From NCBI GenBank assembly GCA_004022145.1, contig RCNU01000001.1: a stretch of DNA of 64,000 nucleotides. One strand, 5' to 3'. The first letter of the stretch is position 1; each line of letters begins with the position of its first letter. The notes beneath the pieces were generated by a model. It was not told the origin of the DNA. It saw nothing but the letters and a program-made list of their open reading frames with translations, and searched no databases. A program made the translations under genes and the position numbers. Below, piece after piece: positions 34,040-44,751 of this stretch. This DNA comes from Paecilomyces variotii (Eukaryota).

Positions 34040-35992
34040 ATGGCTGGACGTACTCCTGATATTCCGCTGTCAAGCACTATACCAACCCGGCCTGATTCGC
34101 CGAGAAAACGGCGACGCCATCTTCGTGAATCAGACGAGACAGAGGGGTTTATGTTCATCGAACAATACCTGCACAGATCAGACCCATATAGATCTACGAG
34201 TGTAGACCATCCTTTACCCTATCCCATTTCAACCAGACCAGCAAGGGGCACAATAACGACAGAGGCATCAGAGTACTATACGCCTATCGCAGATATCCTT
34301 AAGAAACATGGTTTCCATGGCCGATACGATATCGGTGTCGTCGAAGTCACTAGACCTGGATACCCAGGCGGGGAGAGGCCGACCATTACCTTAATGACCG
34401 AGTACCGGTATGGTGCAGTATTCCCTCTTGTTCCAGGGCACGCTCGAGACGAAATTCGGGACTTGCTTCGCCGGAATCTCGTGGATCTCCACGTAGAGAT
34501 TGTCGACTTGCAAAACTGCTTCAGGCCGTCACTGTTCGCCATTTCGCCAGAGCATCCTACTGTTCGACCCTACGAGCAAGCAAAGGGAGATCTCATCGAT
34601 ATCCTAACAAAGGAGCTCGGTGCCAACTGGAGGACCCTTTGCCTGTTTGAAGTCGGCCCATCAAAACAGAAGGCTGAAGCGTCAATCGTGGTTCTTGTAG
34701 AGCCCCAGACCAACAGCAATTGGTCAAACATTCGGTTTTCCATGTTGCGTGCGGTCAGGCGGTTCCTTCATCCAGATGTACCTCTGCAAGTCGAGTTCTT
34801 ACCCGGAGATGCATCACCGTTTTCCGGGGACACGGCTTCCCCACGCTCCCCTCCTTCGCAGAGAGGTGGTGATGGCGATGGTCGCCCAATGCTTCACTTG
34901 ATGGATGGGGTCGGACGACTCCAACGTGGTATGTCCATTGGCATTAAAGGGGTCGAAGGCGGGGGTACCATGGGTGGCTTCGTCACCTTCAAGAGGAACA
35001 ATGTCACCTATCAGGGAATTTTGACCAATTACCATGTTGTCAGGCCTGATAATCATGAAGTGACTCTGGCGGACAGAAAAGGGATCACCATCGATGATTG
35101 GAACCACCCCAACATTGAGATTGTTTACCCAGCCACGAAAGATGCAAGGGCGACAAAGCGACAAGCACAGGGGAACTATGACAGGGCTATGGCTGAGCTT
35201 CAACATGTGACCGAGCGCAGGGATCAGAACATAGCCATCGGACGGGGAGTAACTGAGAGAGAGTCGCAACACATCAAAGATCTCGACAGAGAGTGCAAGC
35301 TTAGCGAGAAGACCGTGCAGTCAGTGAAGCATCTGCCAGCCAAGATAGGCAATGTAACATTTGCCTCAGGCTTCGGCGTCATGGGATCGAGATTCCTTGA
35401 TTGGGCTTTTGTCGAAATCACAGAGCCTGATATCAAAAAGTTCTTCGGGTGTGACCGAATGCCTCGTTACCCTTATTGGCATATGTCCGGAATGGAAAAC
35501 TTACCTGTGATCTCCTTTCGAGATGAAGGAACTCGGTTCGCTGGCATTCGAGAAATGAAGAAAGGAGATTACTATATTATGGTCGGAAGAACCTCAGACG
35601 TTCGAGTCGGACGTTGCAATGGTACTCTGGCAACGTGCCACTGGAGAGACAGCCATGTTCGATACGATGAGAACGGCAACGCAGTAGAAACCTCCAAGGT
35701 CTGCGAGGAATGGGTTGTCATGGGCCAGGAGATAAGAGACAACAAGCTAGTGCAGGGTATTTTTTGCCAACGTGGCGATTCGGGGGCATTTTTGATCGAC
35801 ACAAGTGGCTATGTGTGCGGCCTGCTATATGGATATCTGGATGCGAAGGTGAAGGAGGATCTATACACGCATGCCGGTTTAGTTAACTGCATGGGAGATG
35901 TCCAGATGTCAGCACGGGCTCTTATAACCTCTCGTAACCCCCAGGGAGCGCCCAGTGAAAATTCTGCCCACTTTGAACTTCCTTTCCCTTGA
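34040..35992 (+). CDS. Intronless trypsin-fold (clan PA) serine protease-like protein, 650 aa, no signal peptide
   Basis: GTMGGFV, ILTNYHVV (His), FLDWAFVEI (Asp), GRTS, RGDSGAFL (Ser), GLLYG. Confidence 0.8.
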   Translation: MAGRTPDIPLSSTIPTRPDSPRKRRRHLRESDETEGFMFIEQYLHRSDPYRSTSVDHPLPYPISTRPARGTITTEASEYYTPIADILKKHGFHGRYDIGVVEVTRPGYPGGERPTITLMTEYRYGAVFPLVPGHARDEIRDLLRRNLVDLHVEIVDLQNCFRPSLFAISPEHPTVRPYEQAKGDLIDILTKELGANWRTLCLFEVGPSKQKAEASIVVLVEPQTNSNWSNIRFSMLRAVRRFLHPDVPLQVEFLPGDASPFSGDTASPRSPPSQRGGDGDGRPMLHLMDGVGRLQRGMSIGIKGVEGGGTMGGFVTFKRNNVTYQGILTNYHVVRPDNHEVTLADRKGITIDDWNHPNIEIVYPATKDARATKRQAQGNYDRAMAELQHVTERRDQNIAIGRGVTERESQHIKDLDRECKLSEKTVQSVKHLPAKIGNVTFASGFGVMGSRFLDWAFVEITEPDIKKFFGCDRMPRYPYWHMSGMENLPVISFRDEGTRFAGIREMKKGDYYIMVGRTSDVRVGRCNGTLATCHWRDSHVRYDENGNAVETSKVCEEWVVMGQEIRDNKLVQGIFCQRGDSGAFLIDTSGYVCGLLYGYLDAKVKEDLYTHAGLVNCMGDVQMSARALITSRNPQGAPSENSAHFELPFP

Positions 35993-36656
35993 AGGGTGAA
36001 ATTGCTGCCGTCGACATTCCTTCACTTCATGTTCTTAGTCAGAGATTTCGGGTTCATACTAGTTAAAGCACGAGTTAGGATATTAGAATGAAATTGAAAG
36101 TTGCTACCTACCAGACTAACTATGCCAACAGTGCATACATATATTGTATAACTTAGTACATTAGCTCCCATCTAGCTCGCTATGTGCATATTATGTGGAT
36201 TTACAGAAAGAAAAACAAAGGAAAGTTATTTTTGTGGCCATGTACGTTAATTATATTGCAAAAATCATGATTAACAAGACACAAGAAACTCATAACATGA
36301 TATCATAGGTAAGGTGCTGAAGAGGCGCTGTTGCAAGACTTCAGGTAACAACAAAGGGAATAACAAGCAGTGGACTTAGAAGCAAAGACTGAACAAAAAG
36401 GAAAATTTCACCGAACAGGCTGAAGAACGAATCAGATACCCCGAAAGATCGAAATCGCTGACAAGAGGGAAATCAAACAAGTCCAAAACTATTCCAGCTA
36501 TAAGGGCAGATTCCATCGTAGTTTCGTAATTAGTAATGTCCCAAAGACCGTCATTCCGTTCCCATATCATGACCGGCCCAAAGATTATTGAAAAATCATA
36601 TTTGTACAAGAACTTGCCATGAGCATCACGAATGCGCATAAGTCGGAGCTCGTACA

Positions 36657-39600
36657 TTAGATGTTCTGCAGGTAGTTACTCGGTACCAGACCTGGACGCC
36701 CTCGGCTGCCTGTAACTTCTGCTTCCCACCAGCCATCATCTTGCATTCGGATAACGGCAAGAATATCCCCTTTGGAAAAGCCGAGCTCCTCCGGGATAGC
36801 AGCAGAATAGCTGTACATTGCTCGTGCTACAAATTCACATCAGTGACCTATTAGAAGGAAGAGGGTGGTCAACATTTGCTTACCGAAGTGGAGAATTGGA
36901 CGTCCGTCACGGCTATATTGGCGTCCAGATTCAGCCGGGACTAAACTCTTGCTTCTACTTCTGGTTCTCTGGCTGCCAGAATCGCCATAGTACATCGACA
37001 TGGGACGGCCACCATCGTGCCCTCTGGAACCATATGAGTTATAGCCGCTGCCATAAGGGTCCACCTGGTTGCCGGATAGCTGAAGTTCCATTCCCCCGGA
37101 ACTAGAAGGACGAGCTTGTTGTCTAAACTGAGGCTGCGGCGAAACTGCTCTGGGCATGTTGCTGGGAGAACCATGTCTAGAATACGTCTGAGGGGAGTAG
37201 CCACGCTCGTTGGCTCGCTTCGTTGGACTTGCAACGGCTGTGGGAGAATGAGAATAACGGCCATTCATGCTATTGGACTGATAGGATGTTGGGCTGGGAG
37301 CGCCTCCACTATACTGGCTCATTCGTGTTTCGACGCGAGGAGCAGGCTGGGGACTTGCACTTCGTCTAGCAGCAGGAGACCTAGCTCGAGGAACTTCCTG
37401 AGAAGCTCCACCTCTTGCTGCCGTGCGAGGAGTATTGTTCGCCCCCCTCAACATGTTGTGAGTCTGACCAACATACTTCTGAGTGGTTTTCTGCATCTGT
37501 GCAGACGTGAAGGCGGGCTGTGGTGCATCCAAACGCTTGGCTGATGTATCATTATATGCAGGAGGTGGTGTAGCCATCGCACCAGTTCCGTAGCTGGAAT
37601 TTGGAGCTGACGGGGTCGGCGTGGCGATACCATGATATCGATCAGCGGAGACACGAGTCGCCGACTGTTTGCCAGCAACTTTGAGGTCCGCCAGGGCGCG
37701 AGCAATTGGATCCATTTCATCTTCGGCGTCTTTATTGGCAGGGGTTCCTTTCTTCGCTGTATTATCAGGGGGCGCCACGTCAAAAACGTTGTTGCCAACG
37801 TTAAGCTGGAAACTAGCCCTGGGATCAACTGGCTCAGGGCTCCCGGAACCGTGCTCAATGTCGGCCATGGCTGACACTGGTGGCCCAGCCTTTGTTGGGC
37901 TAGTTTGCCTCGAAGAATCCCATGCTCCCCTAGTTGGCTGCACTGAGATTGACTGGCGCTCTTTGTCGTGTCTGCTCTTCCGCCGGAAAGGGCTGTTGCT
38001 GAAGAAAGCACTCCGTTTCTTTTGGACTTGCTTCTCCGGAGTCATTCCCGGCATAGCTACGCCGTTGGTAGGCTTCGTGGGGGATTGTCTAGCACTCGGC
38101 GGTTCCTGGCTTGAGAAGGATGTTGGGTTCGAGACATCACTCTGTGAGTCCCGGCTTGAAGGTCGATGACCACTTGTGCCGGAGCTGCGTTCAGAGGGCG
38201 GACCGGTACGACAGAACATGGTCATACCGTCAGTTGGATACGCATTGTGAGGGACGCTCCCGATCTCCCCGTGCTGTTCTGGATGGTAGTTCGGTGGTAG
38301 TTGGCCATGCTGCCCACTGCGGCGAAGGTCCAACGGCGCTGGCTGCTGTGGTGCTTGCTGTTGCGATACAGGCTGCGGAGGTAAATGTTCCTGCTGGGGC
38401 TGTGGTGCTGGCTTTTGTGGTGCTGGTTTTTGTGGCGTGACAGTTGCCTCTCTGCTCGAAGGGGTTGTAGGAGCAGGATGGCCCATTTGCGCGGCCAGAT
38501 CTGACTGCGGGTCATGGTGAGATTCGTATGTCGACGGCTGCGGAGACGAACTTCTGAATGCCGGATTGATAGTACGCTGAAACTGCGCCACAGAGTAGCC
38601 CTCTTCCTCTGAAATTTCGGAGCTCGAGTCATTGACGTCCCCGCGACAGAAGTTGATGTATTTTGGAGGGTCCGGGATTTCTTGCCCGGTGCCCTTTTCC
38701 TTGATAAAGCTGCTGATGTCCTTCTCGACTTCACAGTTCTCCAATGCGAGGCGAATCTTCTCGCAGGACTAGGACAGGATGAGCATGAGAGGAACATGAT
38801 TAACCGGAAGTGAACATGACTTACAGCATCATCACTGACGCAGACTGTCGAAGCGATGTTGGCGTAGCTCCAAAGGCTGCTTTTGGTGAAATCCAAGCGC
38901 TCTTCCTCGAGGTCCTGGAATTTCTGTATTGGTGTTAGCCTTAATAAGGTCCAACAGCGCATGTAGTGTGTCGTGACGTACATCGCATGCAGATTTCCAT
39001 TCCTTGTTCCAACGACCCGTTGTCTCCTCGAGGACTTTAACTGCAGCCTCATATTCACTGCTGTTGGCTGCGAGTTGGACCTGGGTCTTCTCGAGCTTGG
39101 CTTTGTTTTTTCGCTCTTCTTGGCCCATCACCATGTGTCCTTGTGCAAGATAACCTTTGATTCGCAGACAGTCCTGCTCGAAACGATCTCTGGTCTAAGC
39201 AGCAATGAGTACTTAGGCTCTTGATAGGTAGTTGGAAGACTGGTCTCACCTTGTTTACGGTTGCAGTCTGCTGCATCTTGGTCTTCAGGATTCGTTCGAT
39301 TCCATTCTGTATAATCTTGCGTCTCTCTTTCATTCCGCCCGCGAACGCAGCCAATGGTTCCTCCAATTCTCTTTTCATTTGAGCGGCGATTGCAGAGTGT
39401 GCCTTTGCGATTGCCTCTGTCTCTCCACGCACTACATCCAGTGATGCGCGTAGGGTACCGGTTTCAGCGGAGCCCAAAGGCTTGCGACATAGGGACATAA
39501 GTTTTCTCGCATATTCGTCTTCGATCGCAGCACGAACTGTTTCGTGGCATTAGACACTTCTCCCAATGGTGTAATTGAGGTTAACATACTGTTGTAGAAT

Positions 39601-39804
39601 GCCTTCATCTCATCACAAGTCACTTTCGCATTGTGCATGCGTTCTAACATTGGTCCAACGCCCGCATCGTCCTTCCCCCAGAAATTATTCGCGACTGTAC
39701 AGACAACGGTTAGTCTTTCCCTTCACCATCAATCGACCTGCGGAGGCTCTGGGGAACTAACAAGAAAGAGAGACCGTCGGTCCCTCTGCTACTGTGCCAG
39801 GCAT
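36657..39804 (-). CDS. F-BAR + SH3 cytokinesis/septation protein (Hof1/Imp2/Cdc15 family), multi-exon
   Basis: FANNFWGKDDAGV, RAAIEDEY, FQDLEEERLDFTKSSLW; SH3 exon ARAMYSYSAAIPEELGFSKGD..QDDGWWE...GLVPSNYLQNI*. Confidence 0.9.
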
Positions 39805-40464
39805 GCTTGCTGTCTGTTTGTCTGTGATCGATAACCCTTCGAGCCGTCGGCCAGCGTCTGCTCACTGTTCGAAAACAAGGGCGCCTTGGGCAGTCAACAA
39901 CAAGGCTGCACAACACACAAAACCCTCCCAGGCTGGTCTGGAGATACAACCCGTATTAAATTGGGACAGGAATCTGTGGAGTTGAAGCGGTGCAACCGTG
40001 GAATGGAGCTGGATAGAAGTGGGCTGGCCATGTTTACTTCCTGGTGTCTCTCGGGGCAACGGCCGGGCGGCTCACGGCACTGGTCACTTCTCACCCACAT
40101 CCAATCCGACAACATCATCTCTACCATAGTTCTTAATACTCCACGTGAGCACGGCTGTCGCTGGGGCGCTTGATGCTGGACGATCGAGAGAATCTTGAAC
40201 ACTGATAGGCGCTGGTCCGTCAGGTACGACGCTGCGGCCCTACATCAGGCTTGCATAACGCCTTACTTGCACGCCGTTGATGTGCTCATCCTGACAATCC
40301 TTTGCTTACCGACGATGGCTTACATGGCGCTAGTTAACTAGCAATTGTTCTGCTCTCTTACTCAACATGTTGAGAAGGATAGCTAGTTACACTTGTCAGG
40401 AGCCTCGTCCTGTGTGGAGTGATATTAGTTAGCTTCTCCGGCACCGGTGCTCATCAGCCCTATA

Positions 40465-41041
40465 TCCGTGACTGTTAGCTCACCCACTCCTGCCGTCGTG
40501 GGTGAGCCCTCCCGTATCTTCAAAAAAAATTTTAGGTACCTTTTGTATGGTAACACCATACAAAAGGTACATAAGGCCAAAAACACGATATATCCAATTA
40601 TCTCAACATTTTAGTAGAGAACACCTTTATTTTAATTAATAATATTAAAATAATACAATATAGGAACCTACAGCTTTAATTTGAAATTAAAATCTTAATT
40701 ATTAAAGTAAGCGTTTACTTTTTTTATTTTCCCTATACAAAAAATTTTTAGTGAGAAATCTTTAAATACTTATATATCTCTTATTTTTAATAAGAGCTTT
40801 TAAAAATTTTAAATATAAATTATTCAATAATAATATTCTAATATTATCAGTTAAAATAAAGGTGTCCTCTAATAAAATGTTGAGATAATTGGATATATCG
40901 TATTTTTAGCCTTATGTACCTTTTGTATGGTGTTACCATACAAAAGGTACCTAAAGAAAAATTTTGAAGATTGGTAGGAATTGAAGATACGGGAGGGCTC
41001 ACCCACGACCGGAAGGGCGTGGGTGAGCTACAAGTCACGGA
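40465..41041. mobile_element. Non-autonomous TIR element (TA target duplication, Tc1/mariner-like MITE), 577 bp, long TIRs
   Basis: TA|TCCGTGACT... and ...AGTCACGGA|TA; inverted similarity between ~40465-40650 and ~40835-41041; very AT-rich core. Confidence 0.88.
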
Positions 41042-41577
41042 TAAGCTATTATTCTTTAATAGTATCAACCAGGGAATCGGGAAGAGAACGTTGCGCCGAC
41101 TAAGATTAAGCTACTGTTAGCTTGTTCAAGGCGGGGCAGCTCTGCGTAAGTAAGGCTGGGTAACTCAGGCCAACGGTCTGATTGCGCTCATCAGTGTGGA
41201 TGACACAAGAGATCGCGTGGACTCGGAAACGTGCCTCATAACCATCAGACGGATCTTTATTGTGCCACCAAGTAATCTGGAATCCCATGAATCTATATGT
41301 GCTTGGCCCTGCAGCAGATACTTATTATCTCTCTCCCAAGCAATACTACTCGCAACTGCGCACGCCATCTGAGTCAGATATTCTACCATCCCTGCTCGCG
41401 CATTATGCAGTGACACATTTCAACAGAGAAAACGGGCAGGTCCACGATACCCTTATCGCTTCCCACGTTAATCGTAGTTCGTATCCAGCTTCAAATACTT
41501 TCTTCACAGTGTGTCTGGTTGCTAGACAAAATCCTCCTCGCATGGCGCCCTGATAATTGACAAAGAGATCCTTTACC

Positions 41578-43152
41578 ATGGCATGGAGCATTCTAAGAAA
41601 GCAGGCTGTGTGGTTATGGGGGCCACAGAAAGAGGATCGAGAGCTGCTCCAAAGACTGGATATCACCCTACTTCCATACTTCTCCCTAATCTGGTTCCTG
41701 TTTGGTGTGACCCGTGCTTCCTACTCATCGGCATATATAAGCGGCATGAAAGAAGCTTTGAACTTTCAAGGGAAAGATTACAATTATATGAATACAGCAT
41801 ACCTCGTCGTCTATGCAGTCTGCCAGATTCCCGGGACAAGCTTGTTGACGATCGTACGGCCGAAATATGTATTTGTGATCGCAAATCTCACCTGGAGTGT
41901 TCTTACGTTGGTTACATACAAGATGCAACACTCCTGGCAGATAATCGTGCTGAATGCTTTTGAAGGAGGGTTCAGCGCTATTGCTTAGTAGGTACTCATG
42001 AGAAAATTCTGATCTGAGGTTATCTCCTAACTGTCTTGTACAGTGTAGGCGCGCACTTTATTTTGGGTTCCTGGTATAAAAAGACAGAGCTGGGCACTCG
42101 AGCTGCGATATTCTGTATCTTTGGCCATCTGGGTAGTATGGCAGGCGGCTGGATCCAAGCTGGCCTGTTGAAATCGTTGGCCGGTAAACATGGCCTTCCT
42201 GCCTGGAAGTGGATCTTCATTATTGTCTCTGTGATGACCATCCCGGTGGCACTGTTTGGTAAGCCTAGATCCAAGAGACAGACGGGAGATTGAGGATCTA
42301 ATGGAAAGCAGGATGGGTCTTTATCCCAGATCTACCAGAGCATCGAGCAGCTTGGTATCTTACTGAGGAACAGAAAGAACATGCTGTAACACGACTCGGT
42401 GCTACGTCCAAGAAAACATGGGATATCACAGTATTCAAGCGCGTCCTTCTGAGCTGGCAGTTTTATCTGCTTCCACTGATATTTATGTGTAAGTTGAAAT
42501 AATAACGACTTTTTATGGTAAGCTGGACTGACTTGCGGAAGTATATTCATTATGCGTCCAATCTTTAGGAAACAATGTCATGCAGCTATGGATGGCATCC
42601 CGTGGATATACCGTCATCCAACAGAACAACTATCCTACAGCAGTATACGCTACTGCAATTGTCGGAACAATACTTTATGCTATTATTTCAGACAAGCTCA
42701 AGTCCCGCTGGGAATGCTCCATCGCCATCGGTCTGACATTTGTAGTGGGCAGTGCTATCCTAGTGGCTGATCCCGCCGCTGACTCTGCACACTTTTTCGC
42801 ATTCTATCTTTTGGGCACGACATACGCTCCGCAAGGTCTCTGGTATTCCTGGATGGCAGACGTAACGAGTCATGATGTTCAGCTGCGTGCCATCACGACA
42901 GGTTTCATGAACTCCTTCGATTTCGCTTTTGTGACATGGTGGCCCCTGATATTCTACCCCGTGACTGATGCGCCGAACTTTGAGAAGGGATACATTGCTA
43001 GTTTAGTCACCGGCGCATTAACGATACCTTTCATTGTTCTCATTGCATATTTGGAAAAGCGGGACGTCGCAAAAGGATTCATTGGAAGAAATCAGGAAGA
43101 GGAAGTCGTGCCAGAAGACGAAGAGGCTATTGTGAATACGACCCCGAAGTAA
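41578..43152 (+). CDS. MFS transporter, allantoate/pantothenate (Dal5/Fen2/Liz1-like ACS family), multi-exon
   Basis: LLQRLDITLLPY, AYISGMKEALNF, ILGSWYKKTELGTRAAIF, GLPAWKWIFI, FYPVTDAPNFEKGY. Confidence 0.88.
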
Positions 43153-44241
43153 AGCTGAGAAAAATGATAGTAGCTCGAACTATCTACCAACGACGTGAAA
43201 AATATACATATTGGATTCTGCCGAAGCCTAAATGGAAAGGAAGCAATAATATGATTTGAACCTCCTAGCTAGTAGCTAGGTTGCTTGCTCGACTCTAGAT
43301 CTAGGGGGAGGGTTGATCCCACATACGTCTCCCAATCATACAAGTCTCCTCATAAAAACACCACTTCCTCTACAGGTGTTTACTTGACACAAATTATGAT
43401 AAATATATTTCTAATCACCACCTTTGTTAGTTTATGGTGTCATCAAATCATGTCAATGAAATAGCCATAAGATAGAACGACGTCCTAAATTTACTTATGG
43501 GAACAGAACGCACTGAATTTCCAGTCAGGATGAACACCTAGTTGCTTACCGTATGAGGGAAATGCAAACCCCAGGGTTCGTGTTGCTGTTCCTGAACTAA
43601 GACAAAGTTCATACTCTGTCCTATATTTATTATTTCGTTGCTATGATGCATATAGTTAATACACGCATGCATCGTTTAGTAATACCTATCGTCGATGGAA
43701 AAACTACTGCCATTTATACCACACAATCTACGAGTTATCTCGACGTAAGAGCTTAGAATCTACGTGGATTTCTCTTAAGGTACCTTGAGTTTGAATACCT
43801 TACAGTAATCGAGAGAGGAATCGTGACCGTAGAAAAGTTTCGGTAGCCGTGCCCCTTTTGAACTGGCGCCAACGTCCTGTACTTAGTTAGAGTGTGTAGT
43901 TGCTTACGTTGCTCTTTTGGCCTCAACTATTTTCGGTTTGTTAGATCAGGAGCACGCACAGGACCAGCGAAGAGCATGGAATCGAGGGCGAGCTAGGGTG
44001 GCTACAATCCACGAGTCCGGTCCGATGTGTACTGGAACGCTTGCTGGAATGCCGGGTAAGGAATGTCCACAACGTCGCAGGTGTGTCTGGCAGGTGGAAG
44101 GCACTGAGCCTGAGCTGAAGTAGATATCTAAAGCGTGCACTAAAATTCGCCATGGCGCCGACCTGTTCAACTTGACCCTCGAGTCTCCCAGTTTCTTCGC
44201 CATCGCTAAAAAAGGCGTCGCCGGGGAGAATGCCAAGGGTG

Positions 44242-44253
44242 TATCACGTGATA
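44242..44253. promoter_or_regulatory. 12-bp palindromic E-box TATCACGTGATA upstream of NOT1
   Basis: Perfect palindrome with a CACGTG core about 500 bp before the ATG. Confidence 0.35.
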
Positions 44254-44751
44254 GGCTGCCCGCGTCGCACAGCAGCCCAATCATCGCACTGGAAATTAGG
44301 GTATCCTCATAAACCACAATGAAAAAAAAAATCATCCCGTAGAAGAAATCAATATTGTGAGTAGAGCTCCCTGTATGTGCCACTATATATAGAGAAATAC
44401 TCTTGGTAGGTGACTGCGTAGAAAAGAAATCGTTACTGTGTACTCGAGCGCGGGCGCCTTCGAGTCGGAGCCACAGAGCTTCAGCCTCCTTCTGGTTAGA
44501 CCAGCCAGGTCGCCATCTCCACCTTGCAACCTATCCTCACCTCTTTGCCCGTTCCTGTGTAGAACTTCCTCCAGCACACCTCAAAGACCAACCGTCTACC
44601 CCTCCGCGCATCATCCCCTGTCCGAGATCAGAGCAATCTGGTGGGATAACATCCTGAGCACGACATCCTGATCGACCCGTGCAAGTCGGTCACCACGTCT
44701 ACCGGATCAAATTCTTCGATCAGCCTCAGATCAAATGATCGCGTTTCCTAG

